Shown in pieces: positions 12,011 to 26,508 of a DNA stretch of 64,000 nucleotides. This DNA comes from the human T2T-CHM13v2.0 reference genome, Homo sapiens. The stretch lies in the NCBI RefSeq assembly GCF_009914755.1, contig NC_060940.1. One strand, given 5' to 3'. The notes beneath the pieces are model-generated. The model was not told where the DNA came from and ran no database searches. It saw nothing but the letters and a program-made list of their open reading frames with translations. How positions within the stretch are numbered: position 1 is the stretch's first letter; the number at the start of each line of letters is the position of its first letter. Position numbers and translations under genes: made by a program.

Positions 12011-14848
12011 CATCACTAAGGAGGATCCAGCACTAAGGGTGGTAACAGCAATCACTGATTAATGGCATCACTCGGGGCTTTCCCTGCAGTGGTGCCCTTG
12101 CACCCGGGAGAACTCGCTTACCGGTGAGGAAGTGAAGGCACAGTGCTGTCTGCATGGTCACTTAGCGGGGAGGGGAGAAGCGGCTGTCACCCTGCCTCCT
12201 GCTCTGGACTCCGCTGTCCCTTTCAGGCTGCAGATGCCCTCCAAGGCTGGTCTCCACTGGTCCTTAGGAGCATAGGCTCTGGGTTGAGTGATGCCTCCCT
12301 CTGACAGCACCGCACATGGAGTGTGGAGTTCTCAATAAAGGGTAGTTATTAACACGTCCATGGCCCCATCTTACGGCTGAGAAAATTGAGGTGCCAGCAG
12401 TTATGGGACACCCCCTCGCCCCCGCCAGGTTTCCTAGCTAGCTGGTGGCAGTGCTGGGAGCTTGAATCCATCACTTCTGGCTCCAAAGCGATTACTCTTA
12501 ACTTCTGGGGCCCCTGCCCAAGCCAGGATACACCCTGGCACTCCTTCTTGTGGCCACTGTTGGGATCCACACCCAGGCCCCTCTCTGGCTCATTAACTCT
12601 GCCAGGACGGCTGGGCTGCCTGGGCTCAGGCGTGACCCACACGCCCAATTAGAGGGATTCAAAACGCCATTTACTTATCAATGACCTAAGCTCATTTGAT
12701 TATGAAGGATGGAGCCCAAACTGTTCTCTGAAGCCACTGTCGTCCCTCAGCTGTGCCAAATCCTCCCTTGATCTGCTAATCCTGAGTTTATAAGGTTAGG
12801 AGATAAGCAGGCGGAACGCAGTTCTTTTCTTTTTTGGTCCACCTAAGTGGCCATGAAACCCCTAACCATCATAGACCTCTCGGGCCCCTGTGGCCTCCCT
12901 GTCTGAATAATTCAGACGGTGTGTGAAGGAAGCCCCCACAGTCCTGGTACGCACAGGCCATCTGGGGCAGGCACTCCCCACCGATCAGCCTGGCTCTTCC
13001 TTCTCCTGCTCTTCCTTTTTTTCCCTCCTCTTTCTTGTACTGGCCTTTTTATGCTCACCTCAGGCTTGGGAAAGCCAGGCAGCCAGCCCAGCCGGTGACC
13101 CCGCCGAACCGTGGGGACCTGCTCCTCCTTGCGCCCCCTTTTGTCCCAGGCACAAATAGATCCCTCCGCCTCAAGCCCCATTGCGTGATATTCACCATGA
13201 AGAGGTGATAGACCCTGTCCCTAAGACATTTCCATTCTAGTGGGGGACAAGACTTCAGCCACTTGAGCCCAAACCATACTTAGGGTGTTCCTGTGGAGAA
13301 AGACCCCAGGTGTTTACAACACAATGCTCGCTGAAAGAGCTGAGAGACTCCTCAGCCAGACAATGGGGGTGTCAATCCCAGCTTTCACCAGCTGTGTGAC
13401 ATTAGGCAACCAGTTAGCCTCTCTGAACCTCTGTTTCTTCATTAATAAAATGGGGATAATGAAGGTACCTGTCATCACTAATTTAATTCTCACAATAAGA
13501 AGCAAATGGGGACACCTACAGCCTGGTACAGAATAAACCCTTAATAAAGGACATTGGTGATGACTTTTGTTCTCTATAACTACGAGGACAGCTTATACCA
13601 CACAGCATTTCCCACACGCCCATTCTGCAGTGGATCTGTGGCTGCTGTCTGTCCTCACAGATCTCAGACACGAATTGGGAGGACCCTACCATGTTTCTCA
13701 TGCCAATGATGGGAGAGAGATCCCGGGAAAAGGGATTGAGATCCATATGGTGGGTGGTCTCAGGGAGACATTGCCACGTGCTCTTGCAAACAGCTCTGGC
13801 TGTCACTCAAGCTACAGACTGACGAGGGCTACAGGGGAGAGCTCAGCAGGTCAGAAGAGGCCCGGGCCACTTTGAAGAGAAACAGTCTCATGGTTCAGCC
13901 CGAGCCTGACAGGTTGGAGAGCTGGGCCTGGAAGGCAGGTGGCCTGACCTATTTAACATGGAATTCATGCTTTAGATGCAAGAGGCTTTCAAGGGTAAAA
14001 GCTGGACCCAGGGGAGAAGAGAGAGGCTGAAGCAACATGGCCTGCTTGCCTTCCGCTGGGGGGTGGCAGAGAGGGGGTGAGGACAGGAGCACTGCTTTGG
14101 AGTCTGGAGGCTGCTTCTATCCTCATTCTACTTCCTACCAGCTCTCAGTCCTTGGCCGATTTGCCTCACCTGGATGAGCCCCCCTTGGCCTGGCGCCTGC
14201 CTCTCTGTTTTTCAACTTTGAGTTCCTTTGAGCTGAGATAGGTTTATTCATCTCCGTATAACCCACATGTCAGTAGAGATCACCCCATTTTTAAGAGGTT
14301 CATGAAATAGACATAAACTCTGTGTTCACATCTTGGGGTACAGGTGACTAGTGACCAAGCCAACCTGAGATTTCTGCCGATGTCTGTGTTCACGCCTTCA
14401 CAGTCACTTTTAGCTCTGCCTGCTGCTCCCCTCCAGCCATCATCTCTCCTCCATGACTGCTTCTTTTCTCCACTCTGTACTGGCTCCGAAGTGGACCCAC
14501 ACTCTTTCCCCACATCTCCGTCAAACACCACTTGCACAAGTGATTCCGTTGCATGGTGGACCCTGGTGATGGTTCGCAGTTTCGGGAAGAAGAAGATTAT
14601 GCTACAGATGTGGACATGTTAGAATCAGTATGAGTCACCTCCTCTGGAAGAGCCCCTGAGCCCTTGCCCCATAGAAGTTCTTCACTCAATACCTTTCCAT
14701 GTGGGCTCCTGCCATGCCAGCTCACTGATTTCTCCAGCTCACCTCACCTTCCTGCTAAACCCTTCTGCAGAGGGATGGAGTTTATCATTACCTTCAAACC
14801 TGCCTTCAGGGCCCCACCAAATCATTTTTCTGAATAAATATTGTCTTT

Positions 14849-15164
<316 letters not shown>

Positions 15165-16276
15165 TAAATGGGACTTTGGAGCCAACTGTTAAATAGCTTA
15201 AAACAAAACAAAACCCCTTTGCTACATCTGCATGCCAGTACATTACCTTCTCTGAGTCTGTTTACCATCATTTGTAAAATGAGGGTCACCATCTCTGCCT
15301 TCCCATCCAACAAGCCTGTTTTGCGGGGGAGGTCAAAACAGAATAATGCAGGAGGAAGCAATAGGGCCACACACATGTTGGAGTCCTCATTCTAATAAAT
15401 ATTCCAGGATGATACAAATGGCGCTGTCAAACTTTGCAAGAACTTTGGTCTCTTCTGTTTGGATCTCCAAGTAGGAGGTTTTTGACCTTGCTAACAAAAG
15501 AGCTCCTTGCTCTCCCCACCGCTGAGGTCTGCCAATTGCAGGAAGGATTGCGTGGAAAGTCTGTTAGAGAAAGAGAAGAGATGTCTGCCTCCTCTCATTC
15601 AAGGCCTCTGTGGGGTGGGGGTCTGCTTTATTCTTCTTTTACCATACGTAAATCTTCCTCTTGGCTTCCCTCACAGCTTGATAGATGATTGGTTCTTGCT
15701 TTCAACATCAATAGCAAGGCATATATTTTTTTACTTATACGCAATTCTGTGTCTAAGTTCTCAGGCACCAGGAGAAAACGATATAGTTCTCCTGCAGGAG
15801 GTAGACTGTGTAAATATATATTAGTTTGGGGAGAAGAAATGAGGAATGATAAAATATTCAGAAAGCGGTCTGTTCTTGAGGGATGTTATTCTGCACAGCC
15901 AGGGAGCAGATTAATGACACCGTTTGCAAGGAAGGGAGAACGGCCCCATAAAATATGTATTAGTGGAGCTGGTGGTGGGATGGGCGGGAGTGCCTGGGGT
16001 TGGCCATGCGGGTCCATCTCAGAAGTTGGCACCCACCCTTGGTCTCCCTCATCAGGGGTCCCAACAGCTAGCTCAAGGGCCCTGGAGGGTGAAAGCTCCA
16101 AGGTGGGGTGTGCTGACCATACTAGCCAGACATAGGGGACTGAGTGGGTTCTTTGGCAGGAGTACTAGGTGGAAAGTCAGGAGGTCTATCCCTGTCTCTA
16201 ACCTGCTGTGTGGCCTTCGGTTAGTCACTTACCCTCTCTGAGTCTTTGTTTCTTCTACCATCAAATGGAGACTAGA

Positions 16277-16613
16277 TGATGATGATGATTTTTTGTTGTT
16301 GTTGTTGTTATTGTTGTTGTTGTTGTTTTGAGACAGAGTCTTGCTGTGTCTCCCAGGCTGGAGCACAGTGGTGAGATCGTAGCTCACTGCAGCCTCAACT
16401 TCCAGGGCTCAAGCGATCCTCCCACCTCAGCCTCCTGAGTAGCTAGGACCACAGCTGTGTGCCACCATGCCTGGCTAATTATTTTTTATTTCTCTAGAGG
16501 TGGGGTCTTACTATATTGCCCAGACTGGTTTTGAACTTCTGGGCTTAAGCAAACCTCTCACCTCAGCTTCCCAAAGTGGTGGGATAACAGGCATGAGCCA
16601 TATCATGCCTGGC
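16277..16613 (-). mobile_element. AluJ with (GAT)n/(TTG)n tail
   Basis: Dimeric Alu with a microsatellite tail. Confidence 0.9.
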
Positions 16614-17214
16614 CTAGGTGATTCTTAAGAGGGCTTGTGTAAGTGATGGGTTGGGTAGCAGGGTCATTGGAAATGAAGCAAGATGGGAAGAGTTGTGTTT
16701 GCTGGGCCTCACCATCGGGGGTGTACTGGAAGAACACTTCCGTGGTTCTGGAAGAAACTCTTTGATAAGTCAGTTGGAGGTAGGGGTAAGACCCCAAGGA
16801 GCATGCATGAGTAACAAAGGATGGTCCCCAAGTTGTCTTCTAAGTTAGATGGTGCTGTTAACTTTAGACTGTTGTTTGGCTGAATGCAGGATGTGAGTTT
16901 GGGGCGAGAGCTGAATTGCTTGGAGAAGCAGCAGAAGAAGAAAGGCTGAGGGCAGTGAGCACAGGGTTTGGCTTTTCGAAGTTGGGAGTGAATAGATCTT
17001 TACATTCTATGAGCCTCCTGAGGGACCTGCACATCTTGGTCCAGTTCTGATTCCTTAGGTTACTTCTACCTCGAACATTGCAGGATTCTTTGTCTCATCC
17101 CTATGCACCCCTAATTCAAGCCTTTCCTCAGGCCTAATGCAACAGAACTTAGTTTTTCTTTTATAGGCAGCTTCATGCTACTCCTTCAGACCTCACACAG
17201 CAATATGAACAGTT

Positions 17215-17400
17215 TTTATAGCACTTACCATGTGCCTAGGCATTGTGCTACAGGTAGGATCTCGTTTCACTCCTAGGACAATGCTAGGAGGTAAATTTTA
17301 TTATCCTATTTTACAAATGAAGAGGCTGGGGCTCAGAGAAGTCAAAGAACTAGTCCAGGGTAACACAGCAGGTAAGTCAGATACAGAGGCCAAGGCCTTA
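17215..17400 (-). mobile_element. MIR
   Basis: gcacttaccatgtgcc..attttacaaatgaagaggctggggctcagagaagtcaa. Confidence 0.75.
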
Positions 17401-17734
17401 CCCACTTATGATGCTATTTTGTCCCAAGTCTATCTCCTTTTTCCCAGTTAGACTGAAGCTTCTCGGGGCAGGGTCCTAGTTCCACTGGCCCCCATGAGGC
17501 AGTGCCCAGGCATGGCCAGCGGGGCTCGGCAGACACTGGTAATCCATGGGCTTAGCCATACTAGGCCTTCCCACCCTCCTCCTGGCAGAGTCCTTGTCAG
17601 CGTGTGGGTTTGGGCGAGTCTCGTGGGAGGATCCCCACCTGGGGTCATGGAGGCTCAGACATCTTGGGTTTAGAGGACTCCCCGCCAGGGTCTTCTGGCA
17701 TTTTCATTGTCAAGGCCTCACTGATGATTGCTTC

Positions 17735-18040
17735 TTTTTCTTCTTCTTTTGTTTTTTTGAGATGGAGTCTTGGTCTTTTGCCCAGGCTGGGTGCAATGGC
17801 GCAATCTCGGCTTACTGCAACCTCCGCTTTCCACGTTCAAACTATTCTCCTGCCACAGCCTCCTGAGTAGTTGGGATTACAGTCGCGTGCCACCACACCC
17901 AGCTAATTTTTGTATTTTTAGTAGAGATGGGGTTTCACCATGTTGGTCAGGCTGGTCCCAAACTCCTGGCCTCAGGTGATTCACCCACCCTCAGCCTTCC
18001 AAAGTGCTGGGATTTCAGGCGTGAGCCACTGCACTCGGCC
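17735..18040 (-). mobile_element. AluS
   Basis: Dimeric Alu. Confidence 0.9.
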
Positions 18041-18547
18041 CCAGAATGGCCCACATGGCCTTATCTGTGGTTTCCAGCAGCACCTGGTCAAACCTGAAGA
18101 CTGGCGTGTGAGCCTCTGCTTTATGATGGAGGTCCCAGTTAGGAGCCCAGTTAGTCAGTCCCCACCTTACAGCTGAGAAACTGTTAAGACTTTATGTCAG
18201 GACGAGTGACCTCCCATGCCACAGAAGACGTTATCGACAGAACCGGGAAATGTTATTTGCATGCATATACCTGAAAAGCGTTCCTATCCATACTACTCAA
18301 CTAACCTACCAAATGTGAAAAAGATGGCAAACAACTCCATGGGAAAGTAAGTGGGCAAAAGTGGGAAGAGGTGGATCCCAGGAGAGGCAGTGTGTAGGGC
18401 TGATGAAGGAGGATGGGTACCCGTGGGCACGCCAGGGCTGCTGCCTGGCTGGGTGTCAGCCTGCAGCCAAGGCATGAGGAGATGCTCAATCCACTGGTGA
18501 TCAGGGCAAGGCATGCCCCAAACACGCTGCGGCACAGCTCCTGTTGA

Positions 18548-18899
<352 letters not shown>

Positions 18900-19199
18900 A
18901 GGTTCTCTCTTTACAAGGAGCCAGAAGACAGCCTGAGAATGGGGCCATTTCAGCATCCAAAGGTGGACAAGGCTGGGGATCGGTCTTAGCGCTGAGCAGA
19001 GGGGGAAAAGACCCCTCCCTCCACCTTGTGGGGATCTTGGGGAGCATGACGAAGCTGGCCCCTATACAGAAAATTTTCTTTGCTCTCTACTTTAGGAAAC
19101 ACTGGCTGCAGTTATTGAGAACAGGAACCCTGTCCCTTTCCCCTTGGGTGTAACAAGTGTGACTGGCACTCAGCTCTGAAGGCTGACCCTTTGGCCCCC

Positions 19200-19535
19200 T
19201 GCTACAACCTCTGTGGCTCTTTCTGGAGGCTTTATTTGGCTGCTGGGACTTGCATAGCAAAAGTATGGAAGAGCCAACATCCCTGGGATCAGACTTCAAC
19301 CAATGCCTGACAGCATCCCTACCCCTTGGTGGGACAACTCTCTTACAGTCCCCAGTGAGCCTCAGCCCCAGGGGCCCGCAGCGGTGACCTGCTCGTCCAT
19401 GCACCCCGACTGGCTCCCTTCCCTTCCCCCATCTCTTGCCTCTTGCCAGTGCTTCCTAGAACCACCTCCCAGATAAACTCCCAGTTTTCAAATCCTTGTC
19501 TCAGGATGTGGTTCTGGGGAGCCTGGCCTCAGGCA
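19200..19535 (+). mobile_element. LTR16-like ERVL LTR
   Basis: cacctcccagataaact..caaatccttgtctcagg..ttctgggga 3' end. Confidence 0.6.
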
Positions 19536-19811
19536 ATAGAGGTAGCAGAACTAAAACAATTATGGGCTGGGCAGTCTGATCTTCACGAGCCACTGCACAG
19601 TCTGAGGTGAGAATACTCCATTATACTGCCCTGCCCTGGGGCACCAGCAAATCTGGCCAACTTCTCCCTGGCGCAGGGCCTTCTATTTATTTTTTCAATT
19701 TGATTTTCTTGTATTTTTCACACCATAAAACGTAGAACTGTGGCTTGGGTTTCACAGTTTACTAGCTGATTCCATGTGCTTTTGACAGTTCTGATGTGTT
19801 TTTGACTGTCG

Positions 19812-19812
<1 letters not shown>

Positions 19813-19850
<38 letters not shown>
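19813..19850. repeat. (TA)5(TG)14 microsatellite
   Basis: Read directly. Confidence 0.95.
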
Positions 19851-19851
<1 letters not shown>

Positions 19852-21004
19852 TCCCTTGAAGCTACACTTCCTCATGCTCCCCATTCCCCAGCCCAAGAAG
19901 CCTCTGTGAGAGCCAGGGGAGTGGCTCCGAGGAGAGGAGATGAGAAGGCAGAGGAGCTGGGAAGGTCCCCAGGTCTCCTCTCACAAAAACTGGGCTCACC
20001 TCCTCCAACCAGAATCTGCAGCCACATCGCGCTACTGTGACAAGGGGATGAGTTTGCTAAGTTGTCACTTGGTGGATGGATACCTGCCAGCAAATTCGAC
20101 TGTGATTATGACGGAGTCATGTTGCAGCTGTGTAAATTTGGTTTCTGGTGGTTTGTCTGGAAGATGGTCCCAGGAAACGCCAGCAAAGGCATAGGTTGGT
20201 GAGATGGGGAAAGGAAGGCAGGCAATACCAGGCATGTTGTCCATCCAGGTGCCCATGTGGACAGCTGGAATGCAATCTTGCTGTGGAATCTGGGAAGCAG
20301 TGTGGAAGACATACTTCTGAGTTCTCCCACCTCACCAAGCAGGAGGGATCTGGGGTATTTAGACACAAGTTTGAGGGCTGCTCCCAGGGAGTGTTAATTT
20401 TCTAGCAGCTTGGGGCTCTGGCCATCAGAGAAGCCCTCGGGTAGAGAGATGTGGATGTTGGAGGGAGAAAGCCCAGACATCTGGGGAGGATGCCACCAGC
20501 ACCTGCTCCACTCCTTTCTGGAAGCTCTCCACAGCTCATGCAGTCCTCAGTCTTGACCTTCCAGGCCCTTCACCACTGGTTATCCACCCACGTGCCAGCC
20601 TCGCCTCTCACCCCACAAACCATCTTCAGTGTGGGCTCCTCAGGCATCCCTTTCCCTTTCTGGAATCCTAACCTCATCCTCTCCATCTTTCTGAGTCAGC
20701 CTTCACTGATCAGCCCTGGTTCCTCTTCCTTTCTCTAGCTCTCGCATCCAGAAGGCTCTGGGAGCTCAGATTCTCAGTAACATCAACTTTGTCCATAACT
20801 CGGGCTGGATGCCATTGGTGTTCTCACTCCCAGAACATGACTTGTTTCTTACCCAGCTCTGATTCTCAGTGCCACAACAGAGTCTCACACAGCAGGTGCT
20901 CAATAAATGCCTATCATTATTGCTGATGATATGCTGATGGTAGCAAAGATGGCGAGGCCTCCAAAGAGCAGGTGATGGGTCTTGCACCTTAGCTAACTGC
21001 TCTG

Positions 21005-21291
21005 TTTCTTTTTCTTTTTTAAATTTTCATTTGTTTGGATTTAAACAAATGATCTCACTCTGTTGCCTAAGCTGGAGAGCAGTGGCGCAATCACAGGTCA
21101 CTGCAAGCCTTGACCTCCTGGGCTCAAGTGATCCTCCCAGCTCAGCCTCCCAGGTAGCTGGGACTACAGGTGTGCACTCCCACACCTGGCTAATTTTTGT
21201 ATTTTTAGTAGAGATGGGGTATTGCCATGTTGCTCAGGCTGGTCTTGAACTCCTAGGCTCAAGCAAGCTGCCCATCTTGGCCTCCCAAAGT
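21005..21291 (-). mobile_element. AluJ (slightly 5'-truncated)
   Basis: Dimeric Alu. Confidence 0.9.
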
Positions 21292-21349
21292 CGGTTTCTT
21301 CTTGACAAGTCACTCGGTTTCTCTGAATCTGCTTTCCTGTTTTCACTAA

Positions 21350-21675
21350 GTGGTTCTTTTTCCTCCTGGGCACCACAGCTAAACCACACTTCCCTGCCTG
21401 CCATGTGACTGGCAACAAAATTTGGGCCGAAGGGAATCCCCACCCCAGGCTTGTCCTGGAAAACCATCTCAGGCACGACCCTTTATTGTCCTTTTCTGTG
21501 AGACTAAAGACAGAAGGAGCATGGCCCTTGAGTCACCACTGAAGAAAAGCCGCCCCAGGGAGCCCCACCCACAGACACTACCCTTATAGGCTACTGGGTG
21601 AACAGGAAATAAACTTTTATTGTTTTAAGCCACTGAAGTTTTAGGATGATTAGAGCATTCTGTCTAATCTGATGA
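21350..21675 (+). mobile_element. MLT1J-like MaLR LTR
   Basis: gaaataaacttttattgttttaagccactga 3' motif. Confidence 0.65.
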
Positions 21676-21958
21676 ATGTGGAAGTCTTTAAAGTGAGAAT
21701 ATCAACATCGGTGGGCTGTCACCAAGATTAATGACAGAAACTGTTTAAAAGATGCTCAGTGAGTGTTCCTTCTCTTCCTCTCTAGAAAACTATAAGACAC
21801 TCCAGTCTTTAAGAATGATGTCCACAGCACACTCAGCTTGCTCTGAAACGTAGTGTCTGGGAATGTCGTGCAGCTCTTTAATTCAAAGTAGATCCTTATG
21901 GACCATGCAGCAGACTTGGCTGTGAACCATCCATCTCTATAGATGGGGGTGCTGGAAT

Positions 21959-22583
21959 CATCAGAGGCATTCGAACCAGAGCGACTCCATCTTGAATAGA
22001 GGCTGGGAGAAAATAAGGCTGAGACCTACTGGGCTGCATTCCCAGGAGGTGAGGCATTCTAAGTCACAGGATGAGATGGGAGGTCGGCACAAGGTACAGG
22101 TCACAAAGAACCTTTCTGATAAAACAGGAGGCAGTAAAGAAGCTGGCCAAAACCAAGATGGCCACAAAAGTGACTTCTGGTTTTCCTCACTGCTCACTAT
22201 ACCCTAATTACAATGCATTAGCATGCTAAAAGGCACCCCTACTAGCACCATGACAGTTTACAAATGTCACGGCAATGCCAGGAAGTTGCCCTATATGGTC
22301 TAAAAGGGGAAGGAACCCTTAGTTCAGGGAATTGCCCGCCCCTTTCCTGGGAAACTCATGAATAATGCACCCCTTGTTTAGTATGTAATCAAGAAATAAC
22401 TACAAGTATAATCAGTGAACAGCCCAAGCCACTGCTCTGCCTACGGAGTAGCCATTCTTTGATTCCTTTACTTTCTTAATAAACTTGCATAGACTTTACT
22501 TATGGACTTGCCCTGAATTCTTTCTTGTGCGAGGTCCAAGAATCCTCTCTTGGGGTCTGGATCGGGATCCCTTTCCAGTAACA
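21959..22583 (+). mobile_element. MER41B solo LTR
   Basis: tcagaggcattcgaaccagagcgactccatcttg start, ccctttccagtaaCA end, TSD gaat; retains the GAS-containing segment. Confidence 0.9.
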
Positions 22584-23149
22584 GAATGGTCACTGTGCCT
22601 ATCTGGATGTTGGTTACTGCATCGGTGACATCTCTGCTCATCTGCCACCTGGCTTGCTCTTTCTCCTGCCTCCAATCTGCGCTCGAGAATGCCAAGGCAT
22701 AATCATGACATTAACCACAAACAACTTCTTGAGCACTTACTAAGTGTCAGTCATTGCACGGAGCACTACATGCATTTCGTCACTGAATCTTCTCTAAGTG
22801 GGTCCTCTTGTTATCTCTATTCTAAAGAGAGACTTAGAGAGGTTTGCCAACTTACACAACACATAAGAGGCAAGGATGGTGGTTGGGCCAGCAGCTGCAG
22901 GTAGGCTGGATAATTTGTTTGATAAAAGATGCAGGTGTTCCTTTTTCAACTAGCCAGCCAGGTGCCGACCACATCAACCAGGCTCGACCCTGACATTTTT
23001 ATCCCTTGGCTTGGGCTGGAGCCCGCTCTCATCTGCCTTTAGGACAAGAAAGCCCCCTCCAGCCCCCTTCAGCATTCATCCTGAAGTCTGGCCACCCTCC
23101 CTGTCGCCGTGCCGGTGGCTGGGAGCTTTCATTTGAGTGGAATTTAGCC

Positions 23150-23760
23150 GAGGACTTTTGTAGCACTTCATTTACATGTATGCCAACAAGCTGAGATGTG
23201 CGGCAACCTTGGAACACTTTCAAAGGCGGGAATAATTCCTCTGAAATAGGTCTTCCGAAAGCTTTATCTTGTCCTTTCTCTTTTTGTTAATCTTGGAGCC
23301 CCTTAGCATGTCAAAGCAATTTTTCTAATGTCACTTCTCCTAGACATTAGCATGAAAGGGCTTTAAGAGATGATTTGAGAAAGAATAAATGTTGAATGAG
23401 CATTTATTATAGGGTCGTTTATGCTACATTTGCATTTTGACTCTATTTCTGCCATGCAGGATGGAGAAGCAGGCTGATTTGAAAGTCAATGGTGTCTAAA
23501 CAGGCGACGCTACAACACTGTTTACACTCAGCTGTTTCCTCCACGAATTCATTTACAAAAAAAGATTTCATTAGGCTGATTTGTTTGCGGGAATGAGATT
23601 AAGCCAAATTTGCGTGCCTTAACACAGAGATGGAATTGACCCAGTCGTCAGGAGGCCGTGGGGCGAAGGCAGGGGAGTCTCATTCTGAGTCCCAATTTCT
23701 TTCTGAGCACCTCTAAGGAAATTAATTAATGGTGTCTGCCTCCTTCAGGAAGCTGGCCTG
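23150..23760. promoter_or_regulatory. Repeat-free AT-rich block, candidate conserved enhancer
   Basis: ATTTGCAT at 23428, TGTTTAC at 23519, several TAAT cores including attaattaat; conservation not verified. Confidence 0.4.
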
Positions 23761-25870
23761 CCGCGTGTGCCATAATGTGCAGTGGTCAAGAGCCCAGCCT
23801 GTGAGCAGGGGCTGCTTGGGTTTGGCTCTAGCCTCGGCCACTTCTCTTTGTCTTGCAGTGTTAAATGGTGAATAGATAGAATGTGTCTAGTACAATGCCT
23901 GGCACGCAGTAGTCACTTTTAGCTGTTAGTCATATTTTCATTGCTTTTTGGCCTGTGAGACTTAGCCAGGGTTCCAGAGAGATGACCCGGAAGCCCTTGC
24001 TTTGGACCAAGTATAGACTTTTCCATCTTTTCTCCTGGAGCAAGCTCATTCTATGGGTCCCAGACACAGGCAGGTGGATGTAAGTGGGTTCTGGAGCTAT
24101 GGGTGTCTTAGGGATTGCTTCGGGCTCTGTGTGTATGAAAGAAACGGAGAGAGATCAGCTTCAAAAGCCAGAAGCCTGCGTCCCCAGCCCATGCTCCTCC
24201 CAGTCCTGGGTAAACCCACCACTCCATTTCCCTGGAAGTTTCTCTCTGTCTGTCTCCCCATCAGCCGAAAGCTCCTTGAGGGCAGGGATTGGCTCACATG
24301 CGTCTTCATTAGCACCTGGCACTGCATGGATGCTCAGGACATCTGTTTTTCATCAAACTTTGGGGCAGTTTTCAAACTTGCTCTTTTAAAGCCAGCACAC
24401 ACATGGGTTCCAGTGCACCCTGAAGCCAGGGCCCAATTTGTGCCAGTTCAGGGGGACTGCACTGGTTGCAGTTGAGGTGGGAGCCTGTTCCCTTGGCAGG
24501 CCCTTCCCCCAAGCCTTTTTGGGGCACAGAAACAATTCTCCATAAAACTAGAGCACCCCCTTCATTTCACAGGTGAAGGAAGCTGAGCTTCAGAGAGGGG
24601 TTTCCCTTGCCCCTTGGTCACACAGCAAGCCAGTCGGCTGAGCTGGGCCAAGCGTTGGGGCCTACTGAGGCTGGGCCCAGTAGCCCTGGCCACCCAGCCC
24701 AGTCCTCTCGAGCCTGTCCCATCTCCGGGCTGTGGGGCTCTGCTTCTCTTGGTCTTGCTGGGTTCTTTCCGGAACTGTCCTTGAAGCCATCCCCAGGTCA
24801 GGTGTGCTCCTGGCTCCAGCTACTCAGCTGCCCCGCCTCCCACCCCTTGCTCCTGGTCTCCAGGTCCTGCCCTCTGCCCGCAGCTCTGCCAATTGCTCTC
24901 CTGGCCCCAGGGACTGATACTCAGGCCTCAAACAAATCTCTGCCTCCCCTGTCCTGTTTTCCTGATTTTTTTTCAAGCAACAGCAGCTGTACCATTTCTC
25001 GAGCTTTCCCTGTGTGCTGGGTGCTGCCCGAGGCTCTTTTCCCGCAGGGCAGACGCCACTGCCCATTCTGTGGATGGCTGCCCGAGGTCAGGTGGCTCAG
25101 GCAGCAAAGCTGGAATTTGAACCCAAGTTCAGGCTGACTCTAGGGAGCCCGCTGCTGACATCGGGCCTGGCTGCTTCCACACATGCATCTCCTGCCTTCT
25201 GACGATAGGGTCTTCCCTGCCTGCTCCCCTCTCCTGGAGCTTCTGACCTCAGGGCCAGAGATGCTGCTCAGTCTCTCAATTCAGACTCACCGACTTGATT
25301 GGACGAGGTGATCATTTCCCCCTCCCATTCCTATTCCCAAGGGCCTGATCCTGAGGCACTGCACACAGTGTGCCTGTGAGGACAACTCAGGGCCAAAGGA
25401 CAGGTGCCGTTTAATGTCCCACTGAATCAGGCAGAGCAGGATTCAAGTACCAGCTCTGTTACTAATTAGCTGTGGGACTCTGTGCAAGTTACTTAACCTC
25501 TCTGAGCCTCGCTCTCCTTCTCCCTCAAAGGAGATAATAATAGTATCTCTCCTCCAGGATTTTTGGGTCGAGTTTGATACTGTGTCAAGTGCCAGGCTTG
25601 TGGTACCTAAGTCCTGAAATGATAGCTATTATGACTCCTGTTGCTGTCACATTCCTGAAGACTGGGGCTTTGTTTTCCTTGGGGCATCTGCCATCTCCTC
25701 TGCCATGTGAATACCTCACACCTCAGGAGATCAGGTACTGAGATGCACTCCATTAGGCCTGGAGTTGCTGCCTTGACCTCCGTTTTCTCTCCATAGAGTG
25801 TGCCTCATAGTCTCAGGAGGGCAGGGTGCTCAGAGTTGGTTCAAAGGAACAGCATATAAATCCCATCCTT

Positions 25871-26174
25871 GGCCAGGCACGGTGGCTCATGCCTGTAATC
25901 CCAGCACTTTGGGAGGTTGAGACAGGCAGATCGCTTGAGGTCAGGAGTTCAAGACTAGCCGGGCCAATATAGCAAAACCCCATCTCTACTAAAAATACAA
26001 AAATTAGCCAGGCGTGGCAGCTCAAGTCTCTAATCTCAGCTACTCAGGAAGCTGAGGCATGAGAATCACTTGAACCTGGGAGGTGGAGGTTGCAGTGAGT
26101 TGAGATCATGCCACTGCACTCCAGCATGGGCTACAGAGCAAGACTCTGTCTCAAAACGAAACAAACAAACAAAA
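25871..26174 (+). mobile_element. AluS
   Basis: Dimeric Alu, TSD aaatccca(t/g)cctt. Confidence 0.9.
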
Positions 26175-26201
26175 TCCCAGCCTTGTTGACTCTCTCTGTA
26201 G

Positions 26202-26508
<307 letters not shown>

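Noticed and set aside
24607-25137. 176-aa ORF
   Set aside because: Non-ATG start, begins in MIR-like sequence, no recognisable domain or exon structure.
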